64,000 bases of DNA from Desulfobulbaceae bacterium (GTDB taxonomy: Bacteria; Desulfobacterota; Desulfobulbia; Desulfobulbales; SURF-16), in contig JAHLLM010000006.1 in the NCBI GenBank assembly GCA_020444175.1, positions 4,204 to 68,203 on the forward strand, written 5' to 3'. Below are positions 1 through 9,435 of this stretch, in pieces. The position numbers and the translations under genes were made by a program. The notes under the pieces were generated by a model. It did not search any database and had not been told where the DNA came from. It saw nothing but the letters and a program-made list of their open reading frames with translations. The first letter of the stretch is position 1, and the number at the start of each line of letters is the position of its first letter.

Positions 1-2372
1 GTATCATTCCCGCCCCCTCCCTGGAGCACATCATTGCCAAAACCGCCAAAAAGGATGTCATCTCCCGATTCCGGGGCATCAAGTACATTGAAATTTTCAA
101 GAGTTACGGAAGTGGCATACCCTTCTACGGCATACACCATCTGAAAATGAAGTGAGGAGATATCTCCGGGGCTCATCACTCCCAAATCAAGATAGCCGTC
201 ACCGTAGAGCAGATCGTTTCCGGCATGTCCAGAGAGCATGTCATTGCCGGCAGATCCGGTGACCACATCGTTTCCGGAGTCGCCGCATGCCGTGTCGTTG
301 CCTACACCACCAGCCAGGAAATCATTATCTGCACCACCGGAAAGGATATCGTCGCCATAACCACCACTTATGACATCCATGCCGGTGTCGCCTTTGAGAA
401 TATCAGCCATACCCGTGTTTCCCCAGGGATTGAGCAAGGCATATTCCGTAGGGTCGCTGCTTGTCCACTCGAATTCGCCGGAAATCAGGTCATTACCGCT
501 GCCGCCGATAATATAATCACTGCCTGCCAGTCCGATAAGCTGGTCATTGCCTGCTCCGCCATCGATCTGCAAATTTGGCGGCACCGCTCCGGTCATGGCA
601 AATTCATCATTGTTAAACACATAGTACCCATCGATCAAAGCATAGGCGCTGGTAACATCGTCGCCTTCCATGCCGGTAAGGACTCGATCGGCGGCGGCTG
701 CTTCGTAAAGACCGATGCCGAAATCACTGCTTACGAAATCTGCCGCACTGGTCTGCAGCTCAAAGGTGATGCTGTCAGTGTCATTCAGCACCAGGTGACC
801 AGGGGAATTGAAGGTCAGGGTGAAGTTGCTGTCGCTCAGGGATCTGTAAACATTGCTGGCTCCATCACGGACAAAAGGGCCGGCAAGGGTTTCCCCCTGG
901 TAGACAATATAGTTGAGGCCTGTGTCCACAATGGTGTCGTTGCCTTCGATGATATAAGTGTCTACACCATCACCGCCAACCATAATGTCGTTGTCCGCAC
1001 CACCGGTTAGAATATCGGCTCCCGCGCCTCCTTCGAGGTAGTCAGCTCCTGCTCCGCCGATCAAAACATCATCTTTTTCTCCGCCATAGATATGATCAAC
1101 TTGAGCGGTTCCTGTGATGGTGTCTTTCCCGTCACCGCCTTTGATGCAGTCGATATTACTGACAGTGACGCCGCTCAGGTCGATGGTGTCGTCCCCGTTT
1201 GTTCCGGCGATGATGTTTATGCCAGCCCCACCGTCGATGACTTCAATACCATGGTTGGTGAAATTATGGACGCGGATAGTATCGTCAACACTGCCTGCGA
1301 TATCGGCGCCCTTAATAGTGTCGGTTCCGTCGCCACCCTGAAAGATGTCGTAGGCAGTGTCGGTGCCTTCAATAATGAAGGTATCGTTATCGGCTCCACC
1401 GTCCATGGTGTCTTGGCCTTGGCCACCGATAAGGGTGTCATTGCCGGAGCCGCCTTCGAGGGTGTCGTTGCCTGCGTCAGTATTCTGCCAGTCACCATAA
1501 AGAAGATCGTTACCTGTGCCGCCGGTAAGATGGTCATTCACATTCGTGTTCGCGTCAACTTTCTCAGTGCCGGAGACGATGTTATTTCCACTATCACCAT
1601 CCCGCGCTTCATAAACCCACGTTCTATTGGTACCGTTATCGTCAGTGAATGTGAACTTATGATTCCCGTTTGCCAGCAGTTCAGCGGACTGCAAGGTTTG
1701 GTCAAATGGCTCTAAAAAAACTGGAATATCATCACCATATGTCTCTTCAAGGCGATCCTCCCAGCGATTTGTATCAGTACGGGGCCTGGTCAGAAAATTT
1801 TTACCCCAAATATCTTCGGCTATTTCCGAGGCTAGCCACCAGCAGTCATCTATGCTCATGGTTGAAGTCACCTGACTGCCGAAGGTTGCTTGCAGGTGGG
1901 CCAGTTCCGCGTCCTGCCCTCCCTGTAGTTCAGTGCCGTCAGGCAGAAATCTGCCGATGCGGTTGGATATTCCGATATCCGTGCCGGTACTCGTTAAAAT
2001 TTGTTGCCTGACAATGAAACTCATTGCCGTAGCCTGAGCTTCATCCATATCATTATTTATAATGTCATCGAAGTTGTTACGAGTGTCTGTAAGGTGATAT
2101 TTTTTTTGATCATAAAAATGGGTCAACTCATGACCAAGGAGGCGAACAAAGTCGGTGCCAGTAGCCCTTATTCCAATATCCTCACTATCTGGGTTATAAG
2201 CATTTGAAACTGGATCATACTCAATCAATCGAGATCCATTGTTAAACATATGCAGCAAAGAAATGAGCAAATTTGAGCTGTTTATCAGGTCAAGTTCGCT
2301 CTGGGTAAAATTAACTCCCCGCACATCGTCAAACAATGTGTCATTGAAAACAAAAGGTGTAGTAGTAGCCAT
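1..2372 (-). CDS. RTX-type calcium-binding repeat protein (GGxGxD nonapeptides) with an N-terminal HExxH zincin-like region; C-terminus lies outside the window
   Basis: Absent from the ORF track because it runs off the window. The reverse strand has ATG at 2372-2370 (MATTTPFVFNDTLFDD...LLGHELTHFYDQ). The same frame at bases 80-3 reads ...DDILFGGFGNDVLQGGGGND. Plus-strand ORFs 225-1010 and 1092-1715 are antisense shadows of the repeats. Confidence 0.8.
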   Translation of the reverse strand, partial: MATTTPFVFNDTLFDDVRGVNFTQSELDLINSSNLLISLLHMFNNGSRLIEYDPVSNAYNPDSEDIGIRATGTDFVRLLGHELTHFYDQKKYHLTDTRNNFDDIINNDMDEAQATAMSFIVRQQILTSTGTDIGISNRIGRFLPDGTELQGGQDAELAHLQATFGSQVTSTMSIDDCWWLASEIAEDIWGKNFLTRPRTDTNRWEDRLEETYGDDIPVFLEPFDQTLQSAELLANGNHKFTFTDDNGTNRTWVYEARDGDSGNNIVSGTEKVDANTNVNDHLTGGTGNDLLYGDWQNTDAGNDTLEGGSGNDTLIGGQGQDTMDGGADNDTFIIEGTDTAYDIFQGGDGTDTIKGADIAGSVDDTIRVHNFTNHGIEVIDGGAGINIIAGTNGDDTIDLSGVTVSNIDCIKGGDGKDTITGTAQVDHIYGGEKDDVLIGGAGADYLEGGAGADILTGGADNDIMVGGDGVDTYIIEGNDTIVDTGLNYIVYQGETLAGPFVRDGASNVYRSLSDSNFTLTFNSPGHLVLNDTDSITFELQTSAADFVSSDFGIGLYEAAAADRVLTGMEGDDVTSAYALIDGYYVFNNDEFAMTGAVPPNLQIDGGAGNDQLIGLAGSDYIIGGSGNDLISGEFEWTSSDPTEYALLNPWGNTGMADILKGDTGMDVISGGYGDDILSGGADNDFLAGGVGNDTACGDSGNDVVTGSAGNDMLSGHAGNDLLYGDGYLDLGVMSPGDISSLHFQMVYAVEGYATSVTLENFNVLDAPESGDDILFGGFGNDVLQGGGGND

Positions 2373-2407
2373 GATAAGCTCCGTATATCAAAAAAATTAT
2401 AAATGTT

Positions 2408-3163
2408 TTAACGAAGGCGACTTAATCGCAAAGTCAAAGCCAAAAAATCTTTGTGATTAGCAAAATTTTTACGCCGTTTTCTTTCTTGTCTTATCTGTTC
2501 TACGGTCTGGCTCCTACGCTGTTTGCGTAACTCTGGTTCATTATCACCCTTGGCAAGAAAAGGTATGCTAAGCTCGTATCTTCCAAAATTATAATAGTAT
2601 CTAAGGTAGTATCTACCGGAGGAACGCTCATACGTAGGAGATGTGACATCAATTTTAGTTGGTGTCCCTAACATCTGTTGCACTAACGCTGGGGTCATCT
2701 CACATGTCATATTTGTCATAAGGCGTTTGCGTGTTTGAAATGAAATACTTATATCCATAAAATGGCTATTTTCTGCCACCACTTTCATATCATTAACAAA
2801 ATATGGAGTTGGCAATGTTCTTTTTGCTGTTCGGTAAGAGTAAGGACAATTGCCACACAAAGGGGCATATGATTTATACAAAACATTCTTATTGTACCTA
2901 AAATCATTTCCTTCGCTTTCTGGCCCCCAGTACTCCCGATCAATCCCGGAAACTCTCTCCCCAAACTCATATCCATTCATACTGGGGTTATCCATAAACT
3001 CCTTGATGATTTTGAGCAGAGCTTCCGGCGTTTTCGGTGCTTGGTCAAATATCTTCTGCGCCCGTGGAGTCATGACAAATTCCTTTGGCTCCCCACCAGC
3101 AAAAAGCAACTGCGGCAACAGAAGGCAGCAGAGGGTCATTACATTCACAAAGATTATTTTCAT
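2408..3163 (-). CDS. hypothetical secreted protein, probably co-transcribed with the RTX gene
   Basis: 251-aa ORF with a signal-like N-terminus (MKIIFVNVMTLCCLLLPQLLFAGG). It ends 35 nt upstream of the RTX start on the same strand. No family recognised. Confidence 0.55.
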   Translation of the reverse strand: MKIIFVNVMTLCCLLLPQLLFAGGEPKEFVMTPRAQKIFDQAPKTPEALLKIIKEFMDNPSMNGYEFGERVSGIDREYWGPESEGNDFRYNKNVLYKSYAPLCGNCPYSYRTAKRTLPTPYFVNDMKVVAENSHFMDISISFQTRKRLMTNMTCEMTPALVQQMLGTPTKIDVTSPTYERSSGRYYLRYYYNFGRYELSIPFLAKGDNEPELRKQRRSQTVEQIRQERKRRKNFANHKDFLALTLRLSRLR

Positions 3164-4169
3164 AGAGTTATCCTTCTTGAAGAGAATTAGGAATTAGGAT
3201 CTTGAAATATCAGATTTTGAAAATTGAAAACCTGGACCTTCATTTTTCTAGCCCCTTTTTTTAATGCCCACTTCAGCACCGGGTTATCAATTCACTCCAG
3301 ATGGAACTGCCCCTTTCCCCCGTTCAATTTTCAGTGAGATTTCACCCAGATCAAAATGGACTTCATTACCAACACAATACCTAACATATATTTGACATAA
3401 ACTCAAGGAGAATAAGGGTCACCCATTAAAAGGCCCCCGTCAAGAGAAAGTACTACCCCATTCTAGAAAACATCTGTTTTCTTGCGAGGACAACTGTCCG
3501 ATTTTGCAGTATTTTGCCAGTGACTCGAATATGTTGCCCACGCCCGTTATTTCGAGTAAGTGGTGTCGTTTCAATTACCGCACCAGTCACCCATCAGGTG
3601 ACCAGCGTCAATTATAATTCCCCCCTAACATAATTTGGCCCCACCACAAGCTTTTCTTCAATTTCTTCATTACCCCAAAAAGACAGAAATAAAATATGCC
3701 CTTCACTGTTGGATCACCAATTAGCAAAATAATGATTTCCATTTTGATTTGGTCTAAAAATAAAAAACAGTGTTAGCTTGTCAGGGAAAAATTTTGCTTT
3801 GCAGGGATATTTACAGGCAATGCAGACTCATGAGAATGATGATGAAACTCAGAAATGTAGTAGATAGCCGGAAAGTGATCAGCTTCTACTTCAATTACAC
3901 CTCTTTAATATGATCTTACTAAGATATGCCCTACAAAGCAACAATTACGAAAATATCGTAATAAATTGGAATTATAAGAAAAAAACTCCAACAACAGCAA
4001 GACATGCTCATTCTGCGTCATCACGGTGTGTTGAAATTTTTTTTCTCCAAAAAAATAGATAACCTCCTCCTGCCAACCTCAATCATTTAAGGATTTCTGC
4101 AACTTAATCTTTATCGTAAATATACGTAACAACCCTCGACGATGGACTCAATGTCAAAACTGAGCCACT

Positions 4170-4354
4170 ATTCACTTCCCGGCATTTACATGCAATATCT
4201 GCACCGGCAACTATTTGTTATGGTGATTGTCTGTTTTGCCGCATGATTACAGATTGTTAGGTTGATTTGGTCCTGTTTGGCAAGTCAGGGAGAAATGATC
4301 AGATTCCGGGAATATGAACAGAAACTGACCAGAAATACGGAATTTTGTAAAAAC
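4170..4354 (+). repeat. non-coding repeat D, copy 1 (paralogue of 53474-53657)
   Basis: By-eye alignment with 53474-53657 gives the same length within 1 nt and shared anchors (attcact, gcaatat, atgattaca). The last ~55 nt are nearly identical: gattccgggaatatgaaca...acggaattttg. Confidence 0.8.
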
Positions 4355-4378
4355 TGAAGGAAGGTGAGGTTAAAATGT

Positions 4379-5494
4379 CTACAAATTTTTATACAACAAC
4401 CAGGCCCGGAAAAAGGGATTGGTAAACCGGTATTCATCTTCAAAATAAAAAACGATCTTTAAATCCATTAAGCGCTCAATCGCCTTTTGGATTGAAGAAG
4501 TAGCAATACCACCAAGACCCTTGGCAAATTTGGCAGATGTAGGAGCCTTCCCGCCCATCCGGGCGAGACCTGTGAGAACTTTCAATTGTTGTCCAGAAAT
4601 GATTTTAAGTGTTGTTTCGTAACCTTTAAATTCATGGGCAAAAATCGACTCAAGAGCCTTTGGGAGATGTTCAAGAGTAATATGTTCTTTTTCTGAAGTA
4701 ATATCCCACAAGGCGTCACAAAATTGCTGAATGTCACCAGGTACATGAGCGCTAATTTCAAAGATCTTTTCCCATACCTCTGGGGCAATCTCTCTTTTCC
4801 CTTTGTTAAATTTCTTTTTGAGAAATGCACGAAAATTGTCTTGGTCGAGTGGGCCAACATCGAGCGATGTTGCCGATTTATAGAAAGGGCTATCAGGATA
4901 GGTAAAGATCTCTACCATCTTGTTCCGGACGCTGCCACTGAAGATATATGATACATCAGAATGAAACTGAACTTTACTCCTCAGAACCGCCAATATTTCC
5001 TTTGCATCTTTGAGGTTGAGAATATCCTGGAACTCGTCAAAGACAACAACAATTGATCTTTGCTTTGTATGATATGAGTAGATTAAATCCAGAACCCCAT
5101 GAATTGAATCTTGGGAAAAGGCAATAGTTTCATCAAAACCAATGGTAGGCATACCTGTCAAAGGATCAAATGAGATGGTTGGGCGGATGTGAGCAAGTTT
5201 TTTGAGGATTCGCTCGACCATACCTCCTTTTTGTTCCATTGACACTATTGCAGAGATGATCCTCTTGATGAAATCGTCTGTTTCCTTAACTTCAAGCAGA
5301 TCAATGTAGATTAAGCGATGTTTTTTAAGTTGCCGGACGCACTCACAGATCAACGATGTCTTGCCAATACGTCTTTCCCCCTGAACGTATACGTTCTGTC
5401 CTTTTGTAATAACTTCGGAAAGACGTTTAATGAGATCAGGTCGCTGACAAAAGTCCTTATCTTGAACAACTTGTCCATATTTGAATGGATTCAT
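4379..5494 (-). CDS. P-loop ATPase, archaeal-ATPase/ATPase_2-like
   Basis: 371-aa ORF. N-terminus is NPFKYGQVV..F.QRPDL. Walker A is GERRIGKTS and the Walker B-like motif is VVVFDEFQ. The C-terminal part looks like a winged helix. Confidence 0.75.
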   Translation of the reverse strand: MNPFKYGQVVQDKDFCQRPDLIKRLSEVITKGQNVYVQGERRIGKTSLICECVRQLKKHRLIYIDLLEVKETDDFIKRIISAIVSMEQKGGMVERILKKLAHIRPTISFDPLTGMPTIGFDETIAFSQDSIHGVLDLIYSYHTKQRSIVVVFDEFQDILNLKDAKEILAVLRSKVQFHSDVSYIFSGSVRNKMVEIFTYPDSPFYKSATSLDVGPLDQDNFRAFLKKKFNKGKREIAPEVWEKIFEISAHVPGDIQQFCDALWDITSEKEHITLEHLPKALESIFAHEFKGYETTLKIISGQQLKVLTGLARMGGKAPTSAKFAKGLGGIATSSIQKAIERLMDLKIVFYFEDEYRFTNPFFRAWLLYKNL

Positions 5495-5715
5495 GAGGGA
5501 ACCGTGCAGGTTGATATTTCATCATATAGGGTTACACAAAACAGTGTAATGCTGTATTATGTAAAAAACAAGAGGGAAGGGAGTTAGTGGAGAGTTCTTT
5601 TCGAAGTTTTTATTTGTCCTAACTACCAGTTTGTGAGCGCAAAGAATTAAAAAAATTGGGTAACACTCTGCAAGAGAGAATTCCATGAGAATTCATGGGA
5701 AAAGGAGTGTTATAG

Positions 5716-7347
5716 ATGCCCCAGAAAAGAAAGAAGACAAAAAGAAAACCTTCCGAAAAATCACCCGGATCTTATTCGTTTGAATTCCGTCTTCGAGTTG
5801 TTCGGATGCGCTTGGAAGAAAAGTATTCTCCCAAACTCATATCGGAAACGACAGGCGTTGGTCGCAGCACCATAAATGCCTGGGTAAGGCGGTATCAACA
5901 ATTTGGCGAAGAAGGTTTGAAGTCAAAGCCCAGGTCGGGACCAGGCCCATCCCGTGTTGACAAGGTAGTTAAAGACAAAATCATTGAGATGAAAAAGTCG
6001 AATCCTGTTTTTGGAGTTCGGCGCATTTCTGATTTTTTGAAACGTTTTTTTCTGCTCAAAGCAAGTCCCGCAACAGTTCACAAAACCCTTTCCGAAGCAG
6101 ACCTGTTAGAGAAGAAACGGCCAAAGCAAAAGAAAAACCCTCCCAAGCCCCGTTTCTTTGAGCGCTCCACTCCCAACCAGCTCTGGCAAAGTGATATCTG
6201 TACATTTCGGTTGGCAGGTAAGAATGCTTATCTGATCGGCTATATCGACGACTATTCCCGGTATATCACCGGCCTTGGTCTTTATCGGAGCCAGACAGCA
6301 GAACATGTGCTGGAAACCTACCGGAGAGCTACTGGAGAATACGGTGTTCCCAAGGAAATGTTGACCGACAACGGCAGGCAATACGTTAACTGGCGAGGGA
6401 CAACCAAGTTTGAAAAAGAACTGCAGAAAGATCGCATCAAGCATATCAGAAGCAGGCCTCATCATCCCATGACCCTGGGGAAAATCGAACGTTTCTGGAA
6501 AACGATTCTGCAGGAGTTCCTGCTGCGCTGTCAGTTCGACAGCTTTGAGGATGCAAAAGAGCGGCTTAAAATGTGGGTCAAGTATTACAACCACCGCCGC
6601 CCGCATCAGGGGATCTGCGGTCTATGCCCTGCCGACCGCTATTTTGAAATCCAGCACGAATTGAAACAGACCATTGCCCGTGGGATTGCCGACAATTGTC
6701 TGGAATTGGCCTTGCGCGGCAAACCTCAGTCCCCATTCTACATGGTTGGCCGTATGAATGGACAGAATGTGGTGATCCGTGCGGAAAAAGGCAAAGTCAG
6801 AATGATGGTTGATGAAGATACAGTGAGCAAAGAGCTTGTTTATGATATGCAAAAGGAGAATAGTGCCCATGACAACCCAGAAGAAAACCAGAACCAGACG
6901 AACCTTTACAGTGGAGGAGAAACTCAAGGCAGTCCTTTCGGTCTGGACGGAACGGCGGACAGGCATGGAGATCTGCCGGGAGATGAACTTGACCTGGTCC
7001 CTGCTGGACCGCTGGCAGAATCAGGCAATGGAGGGGATGTTGTCTGCGTTGGAACAGAAAAAGAAGGAAAAATCCCCAGCTCTGAACGACCGGCTGGAGA
7101 AACTTCTGGAGAAAAAATTGTCTTCCAGGAAAGATGGACTTGGAAAATTGGAGAATCGCTTGGAGGCTGTGCAGCAGAAACGGCGCAGCAAAACTTCTTC
7201 GTAACTCAAACAGAGGATCATGAAAAAGAAGAAGAAAAACCAACTGCAGGAGACAAAGGCACGACAACGGGCGGAGGTCATCATGAAAGTCCGTTCCGGT
7301 CTTATGACTGCTACGCAAGGAGCAGCCGCATTAAGTATATCCCGTAA
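5716..7347 (+). CDS. DDE transposase, integrase-core (rve) type, IS481-like
   Basis: 543-aa ORF. It has an N-terminal HTH (TGVGRSTINAWVRRYQQFGEEGL), DDE-core signatures (WQSDIC, YIDDYSRY, LTDNGRQY) and YYNHRRPHQG. The last ~170 codons are low complexity and overlap better ORFs in other frames, so the true end is uncertain. Confidence 0.8.
   Translation: MPQKRKKTKRKPSEKSPGSYSFEFRLRVVRMRLEEKYSPKLISETTGVGRSTINAWVRRYQQFGEEGLKSKPRSGPGPSRVDKVVKDKIIEMKKSNPVFGVRRISDFLKRFFLLKASPATVHKTLSEADLLEKKRPKQKKNPPKPRFFERSTPNQLWQSDICTFRLAGKNAYLIGYIDDYSRYITGLGLYRSQTAEHVLETYRRATGEYGVPKEMLTDNGRQYVNWRGTTKFEKELQKDRIKHIRSRPHHPMTLGKIERFWKTILQEFLLRCQFDSFEDAKERLKMWVKYYNHRRPHQGICGLCPADRYFEIQHELKQTIARGIADNCLELALRGKPQSPFYMVGRMNGQNVVIRAEKGKVRMMVDEDTVSKELVYDMQKENSAHDNPEENQNQTNLYSGGETQGSPFGLDGTADRHGDLPGDELDLVPAGPLAESGNGGDVVCVGTEKEGKIPSSERPAGETSGEKIVFQERWTWKIGESLGGCAAETAQQNFFVTQTEDHEKEEEKPTAGDKGTTTGGGHHESPFRSYDCYARSSRIKYIP
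6869..7204 (+). CDS. small HTH/coiled-coil transposase accessory protein
   Basis: AAGGAG at 6853-6858 precedes ATG 6869. The sequence TFTVEEKLKAVLSVWTERRTGMEICREMNLTWSLLDRWQ resembles IS3-type OrfA HTH proteins. Lys/Glu-rich coiled-coil tail. Confidence 0.5.
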   Translation: MTTQKKTRTRRTFTVEEKLKAVLSVWTERRTGMEICREMNLTWSLLDRWQNQAMEGMLSALEQKKKEKSPALNDRLEKLLEKKLSSRKDGLGKLENRLEAVQQKRRSKTSS

Positions 7348-7603
7348 AACGTATTACAAGTGGGAAGACCGGGCGCTCGGAGCCATGCTTGGCGGACTTG
7401 AAGACAGAGATTGCGGCAGGCCCGAGCTTCCGGAGCCTTTGCAGGATGAGATTGATCTGAATAGGAAAATTGAACAGCTTCAGCGGGAAAAGGAAATGCT
7501 GGAGCAAAAAATAGAGCTCAAAGACCTTATCCATGAATTTGAACTCGACCGGGTAAGGAAGAACGGATCAAAATCCGTTAAAAAAAAGAAACGACTCAGG
7601 TGA
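7220..7603 (+). CDS. small HTH/coiled-coil transposase accessory protein
   Basis: 127-aa ORF with an HTH-like segment (TATQGAAALSISRKTYYKWEDRA) and a coiled-coil tail. Its stop overlaps the next start (GTGATG at 7600-7605). Confidence 0.5.
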   Translation: MKKKKKNQLQETKARQRAEVIMKVRSGLMTATQGAAALSISRKTYYKWEDRALGAMLGGLEDRDCGRPELPEPLQDEIDLNRKIEQLQREKEMLEQKIELKDLIHEFELDRVRKNGSKSVKKKKRLR

Positions 7604-8658
7604 TGAAAATTATAGAGAAGATGGAGCAAATCAAAAAGGCCTGCCAGGTGAGCTATGAGATGCTTTTCTGCATGGCCGGAATATGTGCCGCCACCTTCAG
7701 GCGCTGGAAATGCAGAATCCAAAATGGACTCGAACCTGTTGCCCGGCCAGGGCCAAAGCCGATTAACCCGCAAGCTATGAAGAAAGCCAGGGAAGAAGTA
7801 AGAAAACTTGAACATCGAACAAAAAGAAGCCATGGCGTTGGTGAGTTGCGCAAAAAACTGCAGAAAGATGTCTCTCGCCGAGACCTTGACCGGTTGATTG
7901 CTGATGCCCGCCAGGAAGCTGCCAGACTCTCAAGGGAGAACCAGTACAAAGTGGATTGGCACCAGATTGGATCTGTCTGGGCAATGGATATCTTTGAAAC
8001 CAAAATGCCGGGACTCCCGTGCAAAGCCTTTGTCCTTACCATTCAGGATCTGGCTTCAGTATATAAATTCCCGCCACTCTGTTCGGAAAAGCAAATCCGT
8101 GGCCAGGAGGTTGCGGCACACCTTGAGCAACTCTTCCGACAATTCAAGAAGCCTTTGTTCCTGAAAATCGACAACGGTGGCAACCTCAACCATAAAACTG
8201 TTTCCGATCTTCTTGACCGGTATTTTGTAATCCCAATTAACAGCCCGGCTTACTATGCACCCTACAATGGTGCTATTGAACATACCCAGGGCGAGTTCAA
8301 AAAACTGCTTCTCGCCCCTGGATACTATGTCTCTTCTTTTAAGGAGTTTACGCTCAGGGTGAAAATTGCTGCCCATGACCTCAACCATCAGGGCAGAAGA
8401 AAATTACACGGCCTCAATTCTTGCCTGAGTTATTTCGGCAAACCGAAAAACAGCTACTCCAACAGAAAGCGAAAGGAGGTGGTCGAATGGATCTCGCAAC
8501 TTGCAGTTGACATCATCGAAAAATCAGGACAAATGAAAAATGAGATCGATGCCTGGCGCATCGCGTGCCGAATATGGCTTGAAAAAAATGGTCTCGTCTC
8601 AATCACAAAACCGCAAAAAGTGTTACCCGGTTTTTTTGAAAATTTCGCTCATAATTAG
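7600..8658 (+). CDS. second DDE (rve-like) transposase
   Basis: 352-aa ORF with N-terminal HTH-like CAATFRRWK. Candidate catalytic residues lie in WAMDIF, KIDNGGN and AIEHTQGEFK. Start is coupled to the preceding ORF. Confidence 0.6.
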   Translation: MMKIIEKMEQIKKACQVSYEMLFCMAGICAATFRRWKCRIQNGLEPVARPGPKPINPQAMKKAREEVRKLEHRTKRSHGVGELRKKLQKDVSRRDLDRLIADARQEAARLSRENQYKVDWHQIGSVWAMDIFETKMPGLPCKAFVLTIQDLASVYKFPPLCSEKQIRGQEVAAHLEQLFRQFKKPLFLKIDNGGNLNHKTVSDLLDRYFVIPINSPAYYAPYNGAIEHTQGEFKKLLLAPGYYVSSFKEFTLRVKIAAHDLNHQGRRKLHGLNSCLSYFGKPKNSYSNRKRKEVVEWISQLAVDIIEKSGQMKNEIDAWRIACRIWLEKNGLVSITKPQKVLPGFFENFAHN

Positions 8659-8780
8659 GCATGCTGCACAATTAGGCCGATCACCAGGTGGCTCTATTAG
8701 GCCGAACATGGAGTGGCTCCATTAAGGCGATCACAGGGTGGCTCTATTAAGCCGAACATGGAATGGCTCTATTAGGGTGG
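8654..8780 (+). repeat. tandem 25-bp repeat array (4 full units plus partial units), probable transposase-binding end
   Basis: Units:
- 8671: attaggccgatcaccaggtggctct
- 8696: attaggccgaacatggagtggctcc
- 8721: attaaggcgatcacagggtggctct
- 8746: attaagccgaacatggaatggctct
- Partial units at 8654 and 8771.
The 25-nt period is not a multiple of 3. Confidence 0.85.
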
Positions 8781-9314
8781 AAATTAACAACCCTTCAGAA
8801 ACAAGCCTTTGAGAATACATTTTTTAATTTGTTGAGGCTTCATACCGATAACCTTGAAGCTGTTGAACAATCATCGATTGAAACACATCCAGGGGGAGTT
8901 GAAACTGAAACCAAAATAACCAGAGGGAAAAGTGCTTTTAAAATTTTATATGAAGACTTTAAGCTAATCCTTGGTGGATATTCAGGAGGTATACATCATA
9001 CAACGTATGATAGGCACTATCAGGATATGTACGACCAGCATCAAATGGGCCTGGAACAATATTTCACAACGATTCAAAGTATAATTAAATTTATTACCGA
9101 TAATGATATCGATGATAAAAACTTCTATGTTAATCTATATAAAGCCCATTTTTCAAAATATGAACTTTTGTTGTTTTTGTACTACGAGACGAGTATTCAC
9201 GCCAACCCCTCTTTCAATAAACTATTAGTTGATTTTCAATTTTTCAATTCTCTACCGACTAAAGACTTGATAAACGAAGATGATGTTAAGGATCTAGATG
9301 GGAACTTTCCCTAG
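8763..9314 (+). pseudogene. putative abortive-infection protein (putAbiC-like), N-terminally truncated
   Basis: FENTFFNLLRLHTDNL, GKSAFKILYEDFK and YVNLYKAHFSKYELLLFLYYE...FNKLLVDFQFFNSL match my memory of the putAbiC family core. The usual N-terminal transmembrane part is missing, and the ORF begins inside the repeat array. Confidence 0.55.
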
Positions 9315-9435
9315 AGTGCATGTATATTCCTTTGTGAGGTGTTCTGACAAAATAAAAGGAATTTCTGAGGTGGTCCCTGTCCGAACAACTGGGGCCACCT
9401 CTTCACCTAAACTGAAAAAATACCCAACATCAAAT

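Larger units (their letters stand above)
5716..8780 (+). mobile_element. composite IS region: an IS481-like DDE transposase followed by a three-ORF unit (two small HTH ORFs plus a second DDE) ending in a terminal repeat array
   Basis: Four same-strand transposition-type ORFs. The right boundary is inferred from the repeat array at 8654-8780, which abuts a truncated gene. The left boundary was not identified. Confidence 0.6.

Noticed and set aside
225-1715. Long plus-strand ORFs 225-1010 and 1092-1715 (and nested ORFs).
   Set aside because: They are antisense shadows of the minus-strand RTX repeat gene. Their products are repetitive nonsense, while the minus frame reads canonical GGxGxD repeats from 2372 to the window edge.
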